64,000 nt of DNA from the human T2T-CHM13v2.0 reference genome, Homo sapiens, in NCBI RefSeq assembly GCF_009914755.1, contig NC_060928.1; one strand, 5' to 3'. The notes under the pieces were generated by a model. It was not told the DNA's origin, did no database searches, and saw nothing but the letters and a program-made list of their open reading frames with translations. This document shows, piece by piece, positions 1 to 64,000 of this stretch. Numbering within the stretch: the first letter of the stretch is position 1; each line of letters opens with the position of its first letter. Position numbers and translations under genes: made by a program.

Positions 1-469
1 CTTGGCATTTATGGTGATTAAAGATACAAAACATATTACAACTTTAATTTGTCTTAGTAACTTTGAAGAAGATGTTGTTATTTTAGTTTAATTAGAGGGG
101 GGAAAGCAGAGGGATTACGTGTAACTTTTTAAAATAAAACTTTGAACCTAATATCACATAAAAGTCAAAAAGTACTTTGATGGAATTTATTTTACTTCTT
201 TTGGGTGTCATGAATACAAAAGAGGTGACATGCTCAACACCACAGTGCTGCAGAGCCAGGTAAACAATCTAGAATAAACTTGCTTCATTGTTTTCTAGCA
301 ACCCCTAACCACCTCTGTGATCTGTGGAAGTGAGGAGTTGGTACTTTGCCCTTAATTTCTCCTCCCGTTCCTGGCCAGAAGAGCCCACTAATTCTTGTAC
401 CCTGTCATAGTGTAAGTGACTACTGATTCAAAAGATGTCGTTATATTCAGATTAATGGATAAAGAAGTA

Positions 470-786
470 CAGTTATGTATCGCATAATGACTTCTTGGTC
501 AGCAATGGGCCACATATACAGCCGTAGTCTGGTAAAATTATAATGGAGTCAGAAAATACCTATTGCCTAATGATTTGTGTTACAATTGCCTACAGAATTC
601 AGTACAGCAACATGTTGTACAGGTTTGTAGCCTAGGAGCCATAGGCTATACCATACAGCCTAGGTGTAGAGTAGGCTATACCATCTAGGTTTGTGTAAAT
701 ACACTTTATGATGTTTGTCCAAAGATGAAATTGCCTAACGATGCATTTCTTAGAACACATCCCTGTTGCTAAGCAATGCACTACTG
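470..786. mobile_element. Tigger3/MER7-type DNA transposon relic
   Basis: TA|CAGTTATG...GCATAATGAC start, GGCTATACCATCTAGGTTTGTGTAA internal segment, CTG end. Confidence 0.75.
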
Positions 787-1447
787 CACCAATACAGTAA
801 TGGAACTTTCTTAAAGGAAAATCTACTAGGAAACACTTGATCCTAGCAGTGATCCTAGGCTGCATTAAATTGGAGGTACAATATGGAATAAATTAATACC
901 AGATCCCAGTAGAAGTCCTCAACTAATTCTAGGCATAGAGCATCTTTCTCACTCTTTTTGCTGGCTTTCTTTCCTGCTTTTTTTTTTTTGAGATGGAGTC
1001 TTGCTCTGTCACCCAGGCTGGAGTGCAGTGGTGCAATCATGGCTTACTGCAGCCTCAACCTCCCAGGCTCAAGGGATCTTCCCACCTCAGCCTCCTGAAT
1101 AGCTGAGACTACAGGTGGGTGTCACCATGCCCAGCTAAATTAAATTTTTTTTTTTGTAGAGACAGGGTCTTAACTATGTTGCCAGGGCTGGTCTTGAATG
1201 CCTGGCTTCAAGGGATCCTCCTGCCTTGGCCTCCCAAAGTGTTTGGATTATGGGTGTGAGCCCTGTTTTCTGAAATACATTTTCTTAAGTTGTCAGGGTG
1301 ATAGTAGTCAGTTTTTAGATTGTTTCTCCACAAAGGCCCAGTTCACCCTTTGCTGGCTTTCTTTCCTGCCTGTTTTTTGTTTTAATTCTACCTAAATATC
1401 CTGGCCTAAGCTCTGAACTGTGAACTCCTGTTTTCAACCATAGGTAG

Positions 1448-1747
<300 letters not shown>

Positions 1748-1839
1748 TGAGCCACCGCACCCAGACACAATTTTAACTTATAAAATAAATGGTATTTCAT
1801 TCCCTCCAAAATAAAAACTAGAAATCAACTGCCAATCAA

Positions 1840-2350
<511 letters not shown>

Positions 2351-2574
2351 TATGAAAGGTCTACAACAAGTTGCATCATCTTAAAAAATTCTCCATTATA
2401 TATAATCTAAGAGGACTTAGAAGAGGACTGAGGAGTGGGGAGAAGACAGGAGAGTGTGAAATACATGGGGGCTCCCATATGTTGGGACAGAACATGGTCC
2501 TCTCAGGAATTTCATGGCTCTAACTAACTGCGTTTCAGCCTAGCTTATCTTACCAGCATTTATTTCAACATTAG

Positions 2575-2974
<400 letters not shown>

Positions 2975-3100
2975 TGATGTAATGTTATTCAGTCATATAA
3001 AGATGAAATGTAAATAAAATGGTTAAAGTGTCCTCTCAGTTGCAGAATAGACCTCAGTTGCTAGAAATACATAGCTTTTTAAAAATCTTTATTTATTTAG

Positions 3101-3307
<207 letters not shown>

Positions 3308-4659
3308 TAACTCCTGACCTCAGGTGATCCACTTGCCTTGGCCTCCCAGAGTGCTGGGATTACAGGCGTTGAGCCACTGTGTCCAGCCGACAATTCATTT
3401 TTATTAAAAAAAATAATAGAGATGGGGTCTCACTATGTTGACCAGGCTGATCTTGAACTCCTGGCCTCAAGCGATTCTCCTGCCTTGGCTTCCCAAAGTG
3501 CTGGGATTACAGGTGTGAGCCACTACATCTGGCCTTGAATCCTTTTTTATCTAAGATTTTCAGGCATTGTCAAATTGTGTAAGGTAAATTTCTACTTGTT
3601 CTCTAGTATCCATTCTCCCCATTTTTCCTTAATAAAAACCCCAAATGGTTCCCATTTCCTCCTCCATTTCCCAGCTTCCTTATGGGTGGGTGTGGCCATG
3701 TGACTTGACCTGTGGACTATGTAAACTGATGTGTGCAACATCCAGCTTTTCTTCCCTTCTTTTAAATAGGGAAGTTGCTTGCTCTCCATACTTTCCCCCT
3801 TTTTACCCTTGCTGGAAAAGGATGACAACTTGGGCAGCCACCTTAGACCTACAGATGGCCATGGAATGTTCCACCAGCTGGATCCTTGGAGCAGAGCCAC
3901 CTACTCACTTCTATCTTATTTAAGCCAATGAATTTTGGAGAAATTAATTTTCCTGCCATTTTTTCATATACTGACTGCTAACTCCAAATAAGAGAAATGA
4001 CATCTGGTCTCAATATAAAAAACAGTAGTGAGGCGGGGCATGGTGGCTCACACTTGTAATCCCAGAACTTTAGGAGACCGAGGTGGGTGGACAACATGGT
4101 GAGACCTTGTCTCTACTAAAAATACAAAAATTAGCCAGGGGTGGTGGTGCATACCTGTTATCCTAGCTACTCAGGAAGCTGAGGCATGAGAATTGCTTGA
4201 ATCCAGGAGGTGGAATTTGCAGTGAGCCGAGATTGCACCACTGTACTTCAGCCTGGGTGACAGAGCAAGACCCTGTCTCAAAAAAAAAAAAAAAAAAAAA
4301 AAAGAAACAACAGTAGTGGGAGAAACTTGAATATAGCAGGCTTCCAATTTTATATATATGTGGGTCACAGATACATACCATATACATACTATACAAAAAA
4401 AAAAACTTTTTATAAGCTGAATACATTATGAACATAAGTCTTGAATAGTTTAAAAAAGTTAACTGTTAAGAGCTTTGAAAAGGGTGAGGCTGGCCGCGGT
4501 GGCTCACGCCTGTATTCCCAGCACTTTGGGAGGCTGAGGCGGATGGATCACCTGAGGTCAGGAGTTCGAGACCAGCCTGGCCAACATGGTGAAACCCCAT
4601 CTCTACTAAAAATACAAAACTTAGCTGGGCATAGTGGCGCATGCCTGTAATCCCAGCTA

Positions 4660-4838
<179 letters not shown>

Positions 4839-4901
4839 TACAAATTCAATGTATTTTGTTGTGTTCAATACAGTTAATATCTGGAGTGAACAAGGTCGGT
4901 C

Positions 4902-19033
<14,132 letters not shown>

Positions 19034-19349
19034 GAGGAAGTAGCTCCAAAGGGGCGGAGCCACCAGCGCGCACGCGCACTAGGGTCCGAGGCGCGCATTT
19101 GACCCGAGACGAAAGCGCGTGGGTACTTGGGAGCTGTCCTGGTTGGTTTTGCGTCTAATCCCGTCAGTTCTCGCGATTTAAGCTCTGAGACTGAGAACCT
19201 ACTTAAAGCTATGGCAAAGGCACTGGAGGATTGAGCTAGGTGGGCAGAAAAGAGCAGTGAGTGTTTTGGGTTTTTTCACTTTCAGGCTTAACGCCTCACT
19301 GCTAGCACAAGCCGCCCTTAATAAATCACACTTAAAAAGGAGCTTCCGG

Positions 19350-20037
<688 letters not shown>

Positions 20038-20433
20038 TCACAGGACGAACACTTTTTAATAATAAGTATACCTGGTTTTGTTTTCAGGTGTCGTTATTTG
20101 TGCAACAACATTGAAAAACAAGCAGAAATAAAACATTGACGGAACGGATACGACCGCAGATTGCGGGAGCTGTCCTCTCAATCAGCCCGGCAGCGGCGGC
20201 CCACAATTTACGCGTGTGCAACCCTAACCCCGGCCCAAGCTTGACCTACAATTTGCGCAGGCGCAGATCCTAACTTTGGCGTCCCTGTGGGCGGCCTTTG
20301 GTGTGAGACGCGTGGTATTCTGGGAACGTCGGAGACGGAAGTTACTTCGTCTTTAGCTCCTGGCGCTGCTGGCTTCTGGGCGGTTTTTGTCTTTTGATTT
20401 CAAGAGTTAGGAGCTCGAGAACCGTTTGGCAAT

Positions 20434-63685
<43,252 letters not shown>

Positions 63686-64000
63686 TGACACTAACATTTA
63701 AATGATGGAATCCAAAGTTAACTTACTGTGGTTTTCCTAAGTGATTTTGATGGGTTGTGTCACCCTGTGCCTGCCCCTGTCCTCCTCTCCCTTTTTTTGT
63801 GCAATGAAAGTGTGTTTTCATGTTATTCTTAGAGTTCACATCTAAGAAAACATGTGTATTTGATAAAAGTCTTTGCACCTAGGAGTGAGCTTGCTATAGA
63901 CCTTCCTTCCTGGTAGGTCCTGCATTGAGGAGGGAGTTTAGGAAATCAGAGAGGTCATGCAATTTCTGGGGACACACTTCACACCTGTCCCCCTTCCTTT

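Noticed and set aside
19034-19063. N-terminal extension [10 protein letters not shown] in the ORF track for NOA1
   Set aside because: It starts at a non-ATG codon within promoter motifs; the ATG at 19033 gives the expected 698-aa protein.

Overview
Primate (very likely human) genomic DNA that is dense in Alu repeats and contains two head-to-head genes. NOA1 (mitochondrial circularly permuted GTPase) is on the minus strand and complete: 7 coding exons, 4902-19033, splicing to 2097 nt = 698 aa + stop. POLR2B (RNA polymerase II second-largest subunit, RPB2) is on the plus strand: coding exons 1-18, 20434-63680, continuing past the window. The two genes share a CpG-rich bidirectional promoter split by two CpG-intact Alus. 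Introns hold a TMA7 processed pseudogene, U13 and U6 retrocopies, and old DNA transposon, LTR and LINE fragments. The most unusual object is a ~167-bp CpG-island-like foreign segment inserted in the middle of an antisense Alu in POLR2B intron 1 (~26758-26924). It carries a consensus 5' splice site and could form a new first or cassette exon. Nearly all other ORFs in the supplied track are Alu-derived noise. Gene and repeat identities come from recognising the sequences; no database search was run.
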